56,228 nt of DNA. Source: a virus. Its lineage: Duplodnaviria; Caudoviricetes. Positions 38,026 through 47,869 of the stretch are shown here, in pieces. The stretch covers positions 1-56,228 of IMG/VR virus record IMGVR_UViG_3300032579_000889; one strand, written 5' to 3'. The notes beneath the pieces are model-generated. The model was not told where the DNA came from. It did not search any database and was given only the letters and a program-made list of their open reading frames with translations. Position 1 is the stretch's first letter, and the number at the start of each line of letters is the position of its first letter. Position numbers and translations under genes: made by a program.

Positions 38026-38790
38026 ATGCCACGACGACCAATCGCCATGTGTTTACTATTGTTTTTTACTTTTACGCAATATGAAAGCAATAATTGGCTT
38101 TATTCAACAAGGGAAACAGCAGTGTCTAACACACCTGCTTCGCCTGTACCTCAAACTGCAAACTTAGAACTTGCGGTATATCATCCACCTGAACAAAATG
38201 ACCTATATATTGTAAATCTCAAAGAACAAAAAGTTGAATTCTCAGATGAATCTCATTCTAAAGATATTAGGTTAACAGATTTAACTATTGGTAATACCGC
38301 AAATCAAAAAATCAAAACTGACTTCAGTAGTATTCCAACATTACGAAAACATTTGCCCCTCTCTATTCCTGACGTAGAAAATCTTAATATACACAAAAGG
38401 CAAGAAGTTGAATGCCTAGCCTGGACTTTATATTTTGAGGCACGAGGCGGAACATCTAAAGAACAGGTAGCAGTTGCATATGTACCAATAAACCGAATTG
38501 GACAACAGGATTTTGGTGACGACATTTGTAGCAATGTCTTTCAATATGATTGGCATAATGGCAGAAAAAGGCACCAATTCAGTTGGGTGGGCTATAGGTT
38601 TGGCTCTAGATGGGAACGTGAAGACGATGCCTGGCAAAAAATGCAACAGATTGCTGTTGCAGTATACAAAGGTAGATTGTCAGATCCTGCTAAGGGAGCT
38701 ATCTATTTCAGCAGCACATCAGTATCTGAAGTTTGGGCTATTAGGCATAGAAAGATCAAATTAGGTCAAACCCTCTTTTGGATAGGTTGA
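38026..38790 (+). CDS. cell wall hydrolase, SleB/Hydrolase_2 family
   Basis: CLAWTLYFEARG, VAYVPINR, QFSW and GAIYF motifs. Confidence 0.85.
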   Translation: MPRRPIAMCLLLFFTFTQYESNNWLYSTRETAVSNTPASPVPQTANLELAVYHPPEQNDLYIVNLKEQKVEFSDESHSKDIRLTDLTIGNTANQKIKTDFSSIPTLRKHLPLSIPDVENLNIHKRQEVECLAWTLYFEARGGTSKEQVAVAYVPINRIGQQDFGDDICSNVFQYDWHNGRKRHQFSWVGYRFGSRWEREDDAWQKMQQIAVAVYKGRLSDPAKGAIYFSSTSVSEVWAIRHRKIKLGQTLFWIG

Positions 38791-38861
38791 TTCTAAATCA
38801 ATAATTATCAATCAACGGTATGTATAATAAATAAAGTACATTTGTATACAGAGGATAATTC

Positions 38862-40028
38862 ATGGCCAATTACTCATTCAATCCAACTTATTACCAAATA
38901 ACGTGGAACAACACAACTCCTACCGATTACTCAAGCCTCTCAGGTAATAGAGGCGGTGGATTAGACAGTGAAACCAGCTGGCAAATCCAAAGTTGGATCA
39001 GAACCACAGGAGGATCACCTGTCACTGGAAGTCCTTTTACAGATGGATCTACAATAATAATTAACAACTATACTGTTACATTTTCTTCCACTGATACGTT
39101 GTCAACAGCAATTGACAAAATAAATCTGTTGACAAAGTTTACAGGAGTTTATGCTGGCCAGAGTGTAGCTTCAGACTACATTACTTTACAAAATGCGCCG
39201 GGTTATGAAGGTACTCCATTTTATATTGAAGAAGGTAACGCTACAGCACTTGCAACGCTTGGATTGAATAATCCAGGTTATTATCCTGCTGGACAATTCA
39301 AGAATGCCTTTAGCCAAGTTGCACCGTCTGCATTTTCTGATGTAACAACTCATTCAACACTGTCTATCAACAACGTTACTATTACCTTTACTGCAGGTAA
39401 CATTCAAAGTGCTGTAAGCCAAATTAATAATTACACTCCTTCAACAGGTGTAGCAGCTGAAATTGCTGGTCCATATATTCAATTGGAAAGCGCGGGCTGG
39501 ACACAACCATGGGTAATAAATGGTGGAAATGCTGCAACAAATATTGGTTTTACACCAGGCGTTTATACAGGCTACCCAAGCAACATTGCTCTGAGCGAAG
39601 AAAAAGAAAGAGCAAACATGAGATGGTTCCAGGTAGTAAATCAGCTGGAAAGCACAGCTACTCCGAACAAATATGATAACATTGTTAGAGTTGGAAATAT
39701 CGCTAATGCTGCGTTAAATTCTATAACGTGGACAGTTGGCTATGAATGTTACAGTCAGTTATACACAGCCGCCTTACCAACTGAACCAGATTACGGTGCA
39801 ACTTTTACAGGCACTGCTGCTATACAACGTTGGGTAGCCAGAGGTATGACAAACACTTGGTCAAGCAATAGAAAAGTTTTTAATCCAAGTGTTTTTCAAT
39901 ATAGCGGACAAGCCACATTCTGCAATCCTGCAATAATTGAAAATGTTACAGCGCAAGGCATAGATGTAGTTGCAAACATTCTAATTGTCAGTAATAATAT
40001 AACTGTTACACAGATACCTGGTATTTGA
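38862..40028 (+). CDS. probable structural protein
   Basis: N/T/S/G-rich, duplicated INN.TvTF..IN module, TAAATA upstream. Confidence 0.65.
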   Translation: MANYSFNPTYYQITWNNTTPTDYSSLSGNRGGGLDSETSWQIQSWIRTTGGSPVTGSPFTDGSTIIINNYTVTFSSTDTLSTAIDKINLLTKFTGVYAGQSVASDYITLQNAPGYEGTPFYIEEGNATALATLGLNNPGYYPAGQFKNAFSQVAPSAFSDVTTHSTLSINNVTITFTAGNIQSAVSQINNYTPSTGVAAEIAGPYIQLESAGWTQPWVINGGNAATNIGFTPGVYTGYPSNIALSEEKERANMRWFQVVNQLESTATPNKYDNIVRVGNIANAALNSITWTVGYECYSQLYTAALPTEPDYGATFTGTAAIQRWVARGMTNTWSSNRKVFNPSVFQYSGQATFCNPAIIENVTAQGIDVVANILIVSNNITVTQIPGI

Positions 40029-40046
40029 TAAGGAGAATTTCAAACA

Positions 40047-40460
40047 TTGAAACCATCTGCGCATCTGCACTTATTAATTAGAGCAGAGATTAACAACCCA
40101 CCTGACCCCAATGATTGCGATAAGGTAAATGAAATCATGCGAGGCATGGTTGAACATGTTAGAATGAAAGTTATGCTTGACCCTGTTAGTGCATACTGTT
40201 ATGATGAAGGCAATGAAGGGATAACAAGTACTGTCATTTTGACAACAAGTCATTGTGCAATGCACATATGGAATATGCCAGCGCCATATCCAAGCATTAT
40301 GCAGTTTGATTTATATAGCTGTGCTCCGTTTCAAGTAATGGAAGTAATTGATTACTTGGCTGAAAATTTCGAAATTTCAAACGCACAATTCAAATTTTTA
40401 GATAGAGAGACTGCGTTTACGGAGATTGATACCGGCACATACAGAAAGGTATTGCCTTGA
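40047..40460 (+). CDS. speD: pyruvoyl-dependent decarboxylase, SpeD (AdoMetDC) family
   Basis: HLL, G.T..VIL.TSH..MHIW and FDLYSC motifs. Confidence 0.82.
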   Translation: MKPSAHLHLLIRAEINNPPDPNDCDKVNEIMRGMVEHVRMKVMLDPVSAYCYDEGNEGITSTVILTTSHCAMHIWNMPAPYPSIMQFDLYSCAPFQVMEVIDYLAENFEISNAQFKFLDRETAFTEIDTGTYRKVLP

Positions 40461-41668
40461 AAATATCCACTATTCTGCTAGGTTGTGCATTGTGTCTGAG
40501 TACTACCGCTGCGTATTATAGTATTGCAGGTCTAGCAGCAATTTTTGCAAGCAGCTTTTGGCCTGTTGTTGCCATGGCTACCATTTTAGAAATATCAAAA
40601 TTAGTTGTTGCTAGTTGGTTGTATCAAAAATGGAATATTATTCCGCCATTGTTAAAAATTTACTTAACTACGGCGGTAGTTGTGCTAATGATAATAACAA
40701 GTTTAGGTATTTTTGGATTTTTAACACGAGCGCATGTGGAAGCTGGACTTGCCAACACTGAGCTTTCTTTGAAATTAGAACAAATCACCGGACAAATTGA
40801 TCAGCACAAGACTGCTATAACTAGATATCAAACGCAATTATCCCAACTTGATAAATCCATTAACATTCAACTTGATGCCAATAGAGCGACACAAGCGCTA
40901 GCATCTAGAAAATCACAAGAATCAGAACGTAATGATATCAAGACAAAATTAGAGATAGAGTCAAAGACCATACAAGATCTTACGGATCAACAGTTGAAAA
41001 TTAAGCAAGATATTTCAATTGTTGAAACCAAAATTGGTCCAATTAAATATATTGCCGAATTCTTTGCAAATGGTTCTAATGTTGATACTGATCAAGCGGT
41101 GCGATATGTGATCATTGTATTAGTATTGGTATTCGATCCGTTAGCAGTTTTAATGTTAATTGCTGCAAACATAAGCATAAAAAATGAAACTAGCAGAGTT
41201 GACACGGTAGAATCTAAACCTAGGCAAGAAACTGTGAAAGACACACAAAATGAACCTGTGTTAGGGCAAACTATGGTAATTGGACACTCCGGCCAAACAG
41301 TTTGGTGGACGGGCCAGGCGTGGGAACTGATACCTTCTCAGATGGATACTTCACATATAGCAACAAATGATGTTGTTGACGCTAACGTAATTAAGGAGAT
41401 TGTCACAGACAGTTTGGACAAATGGTTGGCTAAAACTCTTAGCGAACCAACTTCGCAAAACGAGCCTAAACCGACAACTATTTCAACAGACATTTCAATT
41501 GACAAACCAACTGCAGACACACATACAGTAGTTGATAACACAGCAGAAGTTAATAACACACAAGAGCCGGTTAACGATGCAGTTACACAAACCGCATCAA
41601 CAACTGACACGTATCATGTTCTTGACCACTTCAAGCCAACACATATCAATTACAGCAGTAGGAAATGA
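40457..41668 (+). CDS. membrane protein with coiled coil
   Basis: [27 protein letters not shown] and FDPLAV motifs; several TM segments. Confidence 0.75.
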   Translation: MKISTILLGCALCLSTTAAYYSIAGLAAIFASSFWPVVAMATILEISKLVVASWLYQKWNIIPPLLKIYLTTAVVVLMIITSLGIFGFLTRAHVEAGLANTELSLKLEQITGQIDQHKTAITRYQTQLSQLDKSINIQLDANRATQALASRKSQESERNDIKTKLEIESKTIQDLTDQQLKIKQDISIVETKIGPIKYIAEFFANGSNVDTDQAVRYVIIVLVLVFDPLAVLMLIAANISIKNETSRVDTVESKPRQETVKDTQNEPVLGQTMVIGHSGQTVWWTGQAWELIPSQMDTSHIATNDVVDANVIKEIVTDSLDKWLAKTLSEPTSQNEPKPTTISTDISIDKPTADTHTVVDNTAEVNNTQEPVNDAVTQTASTTDTYHVLDHFKPTHINYSSRK

Positions 41669-42906
41669 CAAACAAAAATTATCATAATTGCAGTTTTTGT
41701 GACAAAAGTCAAAAACAAGTTAAAAAACTAATCGCAGGTAATGATGTATATATTTGCGATGAGTGTGTAATCTTATGCTTCGATATTCTTAAGCAAGATC
41801 ATATCCCACCTACAACAGAAATATCATTGATTCCCACTATAATCAAAGATAAACTTGACGATTATGTTATAGGGCAAGATAACGCCAAAAGAATTTTGGC
41901 CGTAGCCGTTTATAATCATATGAAGCGTATTGAGAATCCGGTAATAGATGGCATAGAAATAGATAAAAGTAATATGCTGTTGATCGGCGGCTCAGGCACT
42001 GGCAAAACCTATACAATACAAAATATTGCCAAAATATTAGATGTACCGATGACAATAGTCGATGCAACTTCTTTGACAGAAAGCGGATATGTAGGGCTTG
42101 ATGTAGAGGATGCAATTATAAAACTATATCATGCCGCAGATAACGATGTTGCGAAAACAGAACGAGGCATTGTGTACATTGACGAAATTGACAAAAAAGG
42201 TCGTAAAGGTGAAAATACTTCTATTACCAGAGACGTTAGCGGCGAAGGAGTTCAACAAGCACTTCTTAAAATGATCGAAGGTTGCGAAGTAAAAATACCT
42301 CCACAGGGAGGAAGAAAAAATCCAAATAGCGAATTTGTAACAATTAATACAAAGAACATTCTTTTTATTGTTGGCGGAGCCTTCGAAGGTTTGGATAAAA
42401 TTATTGAACAGAGACAATCGGTTGATTCGATTGCTATTGGTTTTAACGCTCAAATCAAACAAGTTGACACAGTACGCAGTCATTACAATCTTATCAAGCA
42501 AGTCAGAAGTGAAGATTTAATTAAGTTTGGTATAATACCTGAGCTAATTGGTAGGTTACCTATTGTGGTGCTATTTGAAGATTTAGATGAAGAGGCCTTA
42601 ATCAAAATCCTAACTAAGCCAAAAAATGCTATCATTAAACAGTTTCAAAAAATGTTTGAAATGGATAAAATTCAGCTGGAATTTACTAAAGATAGCTTGA
42701 AAACAATCGCAAATGAGGCTATAACTAGAAAAACTGGAGCTAGAGGGCTCAGAAGTATTATAGAAAACATTTTACTCTCTACACAGTTTGAGCTACCATT
42801 ATTGCATAAAACAGGAGTCAAAAAAGTATGCATAACCAAGGAAACAGTAGAAAACATGTCCGAACCTCTTAAGTTATATGATACAGAACAGGATGTTGTA
42901 AATTGA
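41665..42906 (+). CDS. clpX: ClpX ATPase
   Basis: C4 zinc domain, [30 protein letters not shown] loop, TGARGL. Confidence 0.96.
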   Translation: MTNKNYHNCSFCDKSQKQVKKLIAGNDVYICDECVILCFDILKQDHIPPTTEISLIPTIIKDKLDDYVIGQDNAKRILAVAVYNHMKRIENPVIDGIEIDKSNMLLIGGSGTGKTYTIQNIAKILDVPMTIVDATSLTESGYVGLDVEDAIIKLYHAADNDVAKTERGIVYIDEIDKKGRKGENTSITRDVSGEGVQQALLKMIEGCEVKIPPQGGRKNPNSEFVTINTKNILFIVGGAFEGLDKIIEQRQSVDSIAIGFNAQIKQVDTVRSHYNLIKQVRSEDLIKFGIIPELIGRLPIVVLFEDLDEEALIKILTKPKNAIIKQFQKMFEMDKIQLEFTKDSLKTIANEAITRKTGARGLRSIIENILLSTQFELPLLHKTGVKKVCITKETVENMSEPLKLYDTEQDVVN

Positions 42907-43484
42907 ACGAAGTTTATTCTAGAGGAAATAATAGACAACGTCCTCGTCCAGAAGATCCAATTAAGGCTAATCTGGTTTACAATGAACGCATCCGCCATGA
43001 CTCAGTTCGATTAGTTGGTAAAGACGACGAGCAGTTAGGTGTAATGCCATTTAAACAGGCACTATGGCAAGCTAGAAACGAAGGGCTTGATATAGTGGAA
43101 GTTACAGCTAATGCTACGCCACCTGTATGCAAACTTACTGAATTAAACAAATATATCTACAACCTCAGGCGTCAAAAGAAAGAAAAAGACAAAAAAATTC
43201 GAGAAAATGCAATTGTTATCAAAGAGATACATTTGCGGCCAGTGACTGACAAGCACGACATTGAAGTCAAGCAATCTCATGCGAGAAAGTTTCTTGATGA
43301 CAATGCCAAAGTTAAGATCATGATTAAATTTAAAGGCAGAGAACTCAGCTTTAGAGAAAAAGGTTTTGAACTCATGCAAAACTTTATTACCGGTCTGGAA
43401 CCGTGTAAAATTGAAAAAAGTCCTGAATTAAACGGCAAAGCAATTATTTCTATTATTGCTCCTGCAAACGAAAAACGTAATTGA
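42903..43484 (+). CDS. infC: translation initiation factor IF-3
   Basis: NERI..VRLV, PPVCK, KEI.LRP...HD, KVK..IKFKGRE. Confidence 0.93.
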   Translation: MNEVYSRGNNRQRPRPEDPIKANLVYNERIRHDSVRLVGKDDEQLGVMPFKQALWQARNEGLDIVEVTANATPPVCKLTELNKYIYNLRRQKKEKDKKIRENAIVIKEIHLRPVTDKHDIEVKQSHARKFLDDNAKVKIMIKFKGRELSFREKGFELMQNFITGLEPCKIEKSPELNGKAIISIIAPANEKRN

Positions 43485-43526
43485 CGTTTAGAAAATATCA
43501 TAGCACACTAACAAAAGGGAAAACAA

Positions 43527-43829
43527 ATGGATTCTGATGATTTTATCCTTAACAAAAAGGGTATGACTATTAAGGTGTACAATAACAATATCGAGTCAGC
43601 TATTGTACAGTTGAAACGTCGCATGAACAGTGAAGGAATTAACAAGGAACTACGCAAACGCAAGCATTATACTCCACCGAGCATTCTACGTAGGCAGAAA
43701 TTAGCCGAAGCAAAGCTGCGTTGGAAAAAGAAATATGCTCAAATTATGGAGATTGACCCTCCTAAGAAGAAGGTTAAAAAGTTTACTAAAGTTGTGAATA
43801 AACCAGTCATTCAAAATAATGAAGGTTGA
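43527..43829 (+). CDS. rpsU: ribosomal protein bS21 with Lys-rich tail
   Basis: VYNNNIESAI..LKR....EGI.KELRKRKHY.PPS. Confidence 0.85.
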   Translation: MDSDDFILNKKGMTIKVYNNNIESAIVQLKRRMNSEGINKELRKRKHYTPPSILRRQKLAEAKLRWKKKYAQIMEIDPPKKKVKKFTKVVNKPVIQNNEG

Positions 43830-43833
43830 GTAG

Positions 43834-43943
43834 TTGACTTTGTTAGGTAAGTTTATTATAAATACATTGTCAGATATAACTGACAGAAGATGCCTAATAG
43901 GGTCTTCAACATAAAACTTTGCTCAAAGAGGAGGTATAAAATG
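43834..43943 (+). promoter_or_regulatory. dual promoter and ROSE-like RNA thermometer leader
   Basis: TTGACT-N17-TATAAATA; two 5' hairpins; CUUUGCUC-AAA-GAGGAGG SD hairpin with bulged G. Confidence 0.65.
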
Positions 43944-44414
43944 AGAAACTTAACTTTAACATCACAACTAGACGACATGTTTCGCGACCTTAACCGTTTT
44001 GCAGTAGGTTTTGAGCCTACCTTACGGATGTTAGATCAGGTGCGCACGAGTCAAAATTCTGGCTATCCGCCATATGATCTAGAATCAACGGGTGAAAATA
44101 CATATCGTCTTAGTATGGCTGTAGCTGGCTTTACAGTAGATGACATTGATATTACTCTTACCGACGGTGTTCTCACTATTGAGGGCAGAGTCAAACAGGA
44201 CGAAAACCGTCAGTACCTGCACAAGGGGATAGCAAGCCGATCTTTCCGTAGGACTTTTTATCTGAATACTTGGGTACAAGTTACAGGAAGCAACCTTGCT
44301 GATGGTATTCTTACGGTTGATTTTACTCAGGAAATTCCAGAAAGTATGAAACCGCGTAAAATTGCCATTACCCAGAATCAAACTGCTGCAATAGTTGATG
44401 CAAAAAATTCTTAA
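43941..44414 (+). CDS. small heat shock protein Hsp20 (IbpA-like)
   Basis: YPPYD, AVAGF, YLHKGIA.RSF, GIL and KPRKIAI motifs. Confidence 0.95.
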   Translation: MRNLTLTSQLDDMFRDLNRFAVGFEPTLRMLDQVRTSQNSGYPPYDLESTGENTYRLSMAVAGFTVDDIDITLTDGVLTIEGRVKQDENRQYLHKGIASRSFRRTFYLNTWVQVTGSNLADGILTVDFTQEIPESMKPRKIAITQNQTAAIVDAKNS

Positions 44415-44472
44415 ATCAACTGTTGACAGTGTAGATTGATTAGGGTAAACTAGAACTAAGAGGTACAAAAGC

Positions 44473-44781
44473 ATGGCAATCGCCGAGACAGTTACAGACG
44501 TTGTTACGGCATCAAAGGTTGCCATGCGTCCCCCGCAACAGTTCAATGTTATTTTGTTTAATGATGACAAAACAACAATGGAGTTTGTAATCTTAATTTT
44601 AATGACAATATTTTACAAATCATTTGAAGAAGCAAGTGATTTAACACTCTATATACATCAAAACGGATCTGGTATAGCAGGCACTTACACTTATGAGATT
44701 TCATCACAGAAACAAGAGGACGCTTTAAACGCTGCTAGACTCAACGGATTTCCATTAAAATGTATTGTAAAGCCAGCATAA
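44473..44781 (+). CDS. clpS: ClpS N-degron adaptor
   Basis: VILFNDDKTTMEFV, IHQNG.G and FPLK motifs. Confidence 0.93.
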   Translation: MAIAETVTDVVTASKVAMRPPQQFNVILFNDDKTTMEFVILILMTIFYKSFEEASDLTLYIHQNGSGIAGTYTYEISSQKQEDALNAARLNGFPLKCIVKPA

Positions 44782-44784
44782 CAA

Positions 44785-45648
44785 TCAGTTTTGTTGTTGA
44801 CTTTTCATAGCTTTATAAAATGGACGTTTGCTTAAAATTTCAAAGAAGCACTTTTCATTGCTGCTGTTTAATTTATCATAATCAAATTTAATGCCGCTGC
44901 ATAATGGGCGATAGTATAATGTGTACTGGCTTGGTACAAGTGCTATTTGTCCTGTGGTTTTCATGTATCCATTTCGGCCGTCCTGACGACATGGATTCAG
45001 CTGAGGATTTGGATCACTCTGATCTAATATAGATTCCATACATTCGTCAAGAGTGTTGGATTTATGCAATCCTAACTCTGCTTTGATTTTCCGAAACTCT
45101 GAACTGACCCTTTTCCTACTATGTGTTGGGTCGCCATCGACTCTTTGATATCCTGCCCATGGAAGTAATATTCCATGGTTTGTTCGTACGCATATGTTAG
45201 GCTTCAAAATTTCTTCAACTTTAAAAACAAAATCACGATTCCTAAATCCTGATTCTAATAAAAAACATCGATCTTTATTGAATACCAAGGTGTGCCCTGT
45301 TAATTCGTTCTCTACCAAATTCTCTACAGTAGCTTTGCAATTGTTTTCAAGCAGCGCTGTTCTTATTTTTTTGCCATCGGGACTCAGATAATCCCCTCTC
45401 GAGCCTTCGTGCGTGGTTGTACCTTGGCCTTTTTCGTCTGATATAGTTGCCATACTAGCACTTATTATACCAATTCCGTGTTCATTTAATCCTTCGGTGT
45501 AGCCAGTAGTTTCGTCCCAAATATAAAGACGCTCCAGTCCATTCTTCTGGCTTTTACGAATATTAATTATAGGATAATATCCTCTGTCTCTATTTTTTAC
45601 ACCAACCCAACCTAAATTGGGCAAATATTTTGCCATAATGATACACAT
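44785..45648 (-). CDS. Ntn-hydrolase-like protein (N-terminal Cys)
   Basis: MCII..KNRDR, EGLNEHG and RTNH motifs. Confidence 0.65.
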   Translation of the reverse strand: MCIIMAKYLPNLGWVGVKNRDRGYYPIINIRKSQKNGLERLYIWDETTGYTEGLNEHGIGIISASMATISDEKGQGTTTHEGSRGDYLSPDGKKIRTALLENNCKATVENLVENELTGHTLVFNKDRCFLLESGFRNRDFVFKVEEILKPNICVRTNHGILLPWAGYQRVDGDPTHSRKRVSSEFRKIKAELGLHKSNTLDECMESILDQSDPNPQLNPCRQDGRNGYMKTTGQIALVPSQYTLYYRPLCSGIKFDYDKLNSSNEKCFFEILSKRPFYKAMKSQQQN

Positions 45649-45670
45649 GATCAATTATTTATTCTAGCTA

Positions 45671-46711
45671 CTAGTCTGTTAAATAATGACTGATAAACTG
45701 CGCTAAATTATAAGGGCTGGTCCTTAATTTGGGTATGCTCTCAATACTTGAGATACAATTTTGCCATTCTAAAGTTCTAGGTTGATCAAGTAGGTCAATA
45801 GCAGTTCTTATCAAATCCCGCGAGGATGGGTTGGGCATAAATGACAATAATTTTTTCCGAGTAGCTATTTTTAGGTTATCTGCCATTTGTTTTACCGAGT
45901 GGGTTTCTGGAAAAATAACAGGACTTGGAGTTATATGCCTGGTACCAAGCAACGAATCTAGGTATGACACAGTTTCGGGCAGTGCGAATACGTTGTATGA
46001 TCCAATTGTTACCTGCCAACAAAGGCGAAATTTGTAACGCTTCAGTAACTCCAAATTGTCTAGCCATACTTTTTCATCGCAACCACGAATGTAGGCATTA
46101 AGAGGCCACGGACCGTTAATGCTTATTCTACAAACAACCGGAACATTTAAATTTGCTAACGCGGTGATATTCCGCATGTGAAGTTTATAACAACTTGTAG
46201 GAACAGTAATAATTTTCAAATTCTTGCACAAACGTGAAATTTTCTCACATAAGGCAACAAAACGATAAGATTGTAAAGGCTCGCCGCCACTTACGGTTAA
46301 AAACTCTAGATCTGGTAAGTAATCGTCAAGCATATCTAGATTCCATGAATATGATTCTTTTTGCCCGTGTAAATATGCTATAGTAGAACTGTTTGAAGCA
46401 CTGCATTGCAAGCAGGAGTTACTGCAAATATTGTCAATTGATAAATTTAAACTTTTCAATTTTGGCGACGTAGGTGCGGGCCAAAACTTAGAAAAATGGG
46501 CAGTTCTCATTGTTCTATATGACCATATGTCGTCAGATACCTTGCATGGCAAACATGCATCTGGCAGATCATTTTCTAAAAAGTCTTGCCTATTTTTATT
46601 TGTGTAATCAGCTATCGAATCTATCCATTCAGCAGTATATTTACAACAGGGTCTAACCGAGCCATTTGTTTGTATCTCTGCGTGATAATATGGTAACCAA
46701 CAATTTGTCAT
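45671..46711 (-). CDS. radical SAM protein with N-terminal SPASM/twitch-like domain
   Basis: C.LP..G.VRPCC..C..C, CSNSCLQC, SGGEPL. Confidence 0.85.
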   Translation of the reverse strand: MTNCWLPYYHAEIQTNGSVRPCCKYTAEWIDSIADYTNKNRQDFLENDLPDACLPCKVSDDIWSYRTMRTAHFSKFWPAPTSPKLKSLNLSIDNICSNSCLQCSASNSSTIAYLHGQKESYSWNLDMLDDYLPDLEFLTVSGGEPLQSYRFVALCEKISRLCKNLKIITVPTSCYKLHMRNITALANLNVPVVCRISINGPWPLNAYIRGCDEKVWLDNLELLKRYKFRLCWQVTIGSYNVFALPETVSYLDSLLGTRHITPSPVIFPETHSVKQMADNLKIATRKKLLSFMPNPSSRDLIRTAIDLLDQPRTLEWQNCISSIESIPKLRTSPYNLAQFISHYLTD

Positions 46712-46784
46712 CAGATCCTTATTATTGTATAAAATATTTATTTGGTATATTTTTAGTCATTAATTGCTGCTATTAAATAGGCAT

Positions 46785-47009
46785 ATGTCTACAGCAAAAT
46801 CTGAAAAATGGTCATCTTTTTGTCAAAAAGAGCCTGGCCCTGTTATGGTTTATATACACGACATAGACTGGTGGGATGATCAAAGAACTCAAATTTGTGA
46901 TTGGTTTGACAAATATTGTCCAATAGCTAAACCAGATAAACATGACACAATAATTTATTTCCCTAATATTGTTCAGTTTAATATGTGGCGTAATAACTGG
47001 TCGGCTTAA
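46785..47009 (+). CDS. small hypothetical protein
   Basis: ATG 5 nt after TAAATA. Confidence 0.6.
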   Translation: MSTAKSEKWSSFCQKEPGPVMVYIHDIDWWDDQRTQICDWFDKYCPIAKPDKHDTIIYFPNIVQFNMWRNNWSA

Positions 47010-47770
47010 ATTAACCACTTGTACATTCGAACATAGCAAAATTTCATACCGTCTCTGGCAGCAGTTTTTTTAGATGTCTCATTATCAACCATAATCGTTG
47101 ATGATATTTTGTTACCTCCTCTGTTCATTGTAACAATTTGGTGCCATTTTCTTGATATTGTGCTAATTCGTCCTCCTCTGAACATGGGATTGGTAAAATT
47201 CAAATGTTGGAAACTTTCTCTGCCTTCGGCTCTGTATTCTATAACCATTCCACCTAAAATATTATCATGTTCGTCAGTGGAATAGATAACATTACAATTT
47301 TGCCAATCATCGAGGTTAGCAAAAGATCCTGCAAACCCTTTGGCAATAAGTTCGCTATAAACTTTCAGAATAAGAGATATTGCTTTTGATGAATTAACGG
47401 ATTCGCTATACCATATTTGCAGTTCTCTACCATCGTTTGTGGTATCCTGGCCAATTTTTTTATCACTATGTCTATTGCTACTCAACCATTTGTTGACTCT
47501 TTTGTATACAAGATGGGCGCTATTTTTAGCCACATGATTACGAACGTTGATGTTATGTTCCCCTACAATCGAAACCACCTTGTTTGCTCCTCGCTTACGA
47601 GTATATTCAGTTAAATGTTTTCTAACAATGGTTCCTATTAGTCTACCTCTGTAAACAGGGTCTACGAAAATTAAATCAATAAATGTTTCTCTTCCGGCTG
47701 TCCTATAAGTGAAAAGTATACCACCTACCGGTTCTACTGCTAACGAACAATACGCCTTCGTTGGTATAAT
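47006..47770 (-). CDS. tandem GNAT-like acetyltransferase, 5'-truncated
   Basis: Frame is open 64 codons above the GTG at 47578; two copies of GG....YR..GRE.F..L.F..P..RG. Confidence 0.6.
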   Translation of the reverse strand: MIPTKAYCSLAVEPVGGILFTYRTAGRETFIDLIFVDPVYRGRLIGTIVRKHLTEYTRKRGANKVVSIVGEHNINVRNHVAKNSAHLVYKRVNKWLSSNRHSDKKIGQDTTNDGRELQIWYSESVNSSKAISLILKVYSELIAKGFAGSFANLDDWQNCNVIYSTDEHDNILGGMVIEYRAEGRESFQHLNFTNPMFRGGRISTISRKWHQIVTMNRGGNKISSTIMVDNETSKKTAARDGMKFCYVRMYKWLI

Positions 47771-47869
47771 CTACAAGTAAACATTTCATCGTGCCGTTCA
47801 TCTTAAATGATTATATTTTTGCAACAAGCAAGTCAATATCTGGTAAGACCACAGTCGCTAAATAAATTC

